This document shows, in pieces, positions 48,788 through 50,103 of a DNA stretch of 50,103 bases. A program made the translations under genes and the position numbers. The notes beneath the pieces are model-generated. The model saw only the letters and a program-made list of their open reading frames with translations, had not been told where the DNA came from and made no database searches. The stretch is from an uncultured Bacilli bacterium (GTDB lineage Bacteria; Bacillota_I; Bacilli_A; RF39; UBA660): the NCBI GenBank assembly GCA_947628585.1, contig CANRAL010000004.1, positions 1 to 50,103 of the forward strand, read 5' to 3'. Numbering within the stretch: position 1 is the stretch's first letter; each line of letters begins with the position of its first letter.

Positions 48788-49194
48788 TAAATAATAGAAC
48801 CATTCTTAGCATCTTTATGGTTTAGTAAAACTTTAACTTCAAGAGAACTAGGTACAATATCAAAAGCATTTCTTTGATTCATGTAGGTAATTGTTTCTGA
48901 AATATTTTCAAAATGAAAATAAAAGCATAAAGAATCATTCGTTACTCTTTTTACATAAGAATTAGTTGGCCAAATTAATGCTGGCTCATTATTCTCTGAT
49001 ATTATATATTCATTAAAATCAATTTCTACTTTTTTACCAGTTTCTATATTATCGATTTCATTCCAATTATAATATATAAAAACTCGGAAACAATATATAC
49101 CAGATTTATCAATAATTCTTAAATCATCTTCATCTAATTCAATTTTACTTATGCCAATATTGATACCATTTAGAATCATCATATTATTTTCCAT
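48778..49194 (-). CDS. Hypothetical protein (cassette cargo)
   Basis: ORF overlapping the RhuM stop; no recognised motif. Confidence 0.65.
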   Translation of the reverse strand: MENNMMILNGINIGISKIELDEDDLRIIDKSGIYCFRVFIYYNWNEIDNIETGKKVEIDFNEYIISENNEPALIWPTNSYVKRVTNDSLCFYFHFENISETITYMNQRNAFDIVPSSLEVKVLLNHKDAKNGSIIYEI

Positions 49195-50103
49195 TTGAAT
49201 CGCTGCTTTCTTTAAAGTATTTATTGTAAAATTCATCCATCGAAGATATATATTTTTGATCTTGAATTACCCTATATTTTTCATATTCGCTTTCCGCTTT
49301 ATCGACTGCTTCTTTATGAGTTATTTTACCAGAATGAGTCAAAATATTTTTTTCTCTAAATTTTAATAATTTATCCGTTGCATTTATCCAATCGTTCATA
49401 GTCATAACTGTGTGTTCATATGCCATATCTTCTGCATAATCTAAAAAGGCTAAAGTTAGACGATTTAACTTATTTAATTCTTCTTCAGTTAAATAGTTTT
49501 TAGCAATAGAAACATCGTATTTATATATTAATCCATCTGGACTATTTTTCCAATTAGTAAGTCCCATATTTTCTTTATTAGCATTAGCTCTTGTATAAAT
49601 TAATTCTGCTGCAGTATAACCACTTATCGCGTAATGCAATTTGTTTTGCACAATTTTAAAAAATGTGTATGCTTCTTCAGCTTTTGGATTATAATCGGAT
49701 GATGTCGCAATGAATAAATCAGTAATCTTTTGATAAGACATTCTTTCGCTTACTCTAATAGTTTTAATTCTTTCTAATAATTCATTAAAATATTGTGTGC
49801 TAAATGTATTTCCACTTATAAATCTCTCATCATTTAAAGCAAAACCTTTTATCATATATTCTTTTAGTATTTTAGTTGCCCATATTCTAAATTCAGTTGC
49901 TTTTTTAGAATTAACTCGATAACCAACCGCAATTATAGCATCAAGATTATATATTTTTGTTTTATAATTTTTACCGTCTGAAGCAGTTACCGAGGAATCC
50001 TCGACAACTGCATTTTCATCAAGTTCGTTATCTTTAAATATATTTTTTAAATGCAATGATATATTATCAGTAGAACAATCAAAAACTTTAGACATTCCTT
50101 TTT
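49184..50103 (-). CDS. RhuM family protein (5' end outside the window)
   Basis: YNLDAIIAVGYRVNSKKATEFRIWAT, IRVSER, VQNKLH; frame open to the window edge. Confidence 0.9.
   Translation of the reverse strand, partial: KGMSKVFDCSTDNISLHLKNIFKDNELDENAVVEDSSVTASDGKNYKTKIYNLDAIIAVGYRVNSKKATEFRIWATKILKEYMIKGFALNDERFISGNTFSTQYFNELLERIKTIRVSERMSYQKITDLFIATSSDYNPKAEEAYTFFKIVQNKLHYAISGYTAAELIYTRANANKENMGLTNWKNSPDGLIYKYDVSIAKNYLTEEELNKLNRLTLAFLDYAEDMAYEHTVMTMNDWINATDKLLKFREKNILTHSGKITHKEAVDKAESEYEKYRVIQDQKYISSMDEFYNKYFKESSDSNGK

Larger units (their letters stand above)
44864..50103 (-). mobile_element. Putative tandem array of integrated gene cassettes at the rbgA 5' end
   Basis: Displaced rbgA starts at 45977-46017 and 47150-47178, each followed by a conserved 48-bp motif; exact 21-bp repeat 44864-44884 = 45975-45995; no recombinase in the window. 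Confidence 0.65.

Noticed and set aside
44917-50103. Prophage, since BRO-N and KilA-N are often labelled antirepressors
   Set aside because: No structural, replication, lysis or integrase genes in the window; organisation is single-gene units
1-50103. CRISPR array, rRNA, IS transposase, reverse transcriptase/DGR
   Set aside because: No regular repeat-spacer array or recognisable motifs seen; the BRO-N paralogue differences are not adenine-specific as a DGR would give

Overview
Very AT-rich chromosomal window from a small-genome Bacillota/Bacilli member (RF39-like uncultured gut Bacilli is an inference). It uses the standard code and carries peptidoglycan, teichoic-acid and sporulation-type genes. 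Most of it is housekeeping and envelope genes: lexA, asnB, two LTA-synthase family genes, tRNA-His, a ligase-less LigD, a Gtr-type glycosylation trio, lysS, two sortases with substrates, murD, hsp20 with CIRCE, ppaC, uvrB, comEA, ftsY, rnj, topA, rnhB and rbgA. There is a small accessory patch (ADP-ribosyltransferase, chagasin-like, Fic) before uvrB. The most striking region is 44.9-50.1 kb, a tandem array of BRO-N, RhuM and KilA-N genes directly upstream of rbgA. (i) The array looks like integrase-less gene cassettes inserted one after another at the Trp codon of the rbgA 'INW' motif. Each cassette ends with its own RBS plus an alternative rbgA N-terminus, and each displaced start is followed by a conserved 48-bp end motif. 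(ii) Each BRO-N, RhuM and KilA-N gene, plus a KilA-N remnant, carries a palindrome at a fixed codon position in a segment that differs between paralogues, with compensatory changes in both arms. An unannotated 46-aa membrane peptide divergent from lexA, behind two SOS boxes, is also present. All family calls come from motif recognition; no database searches were run.
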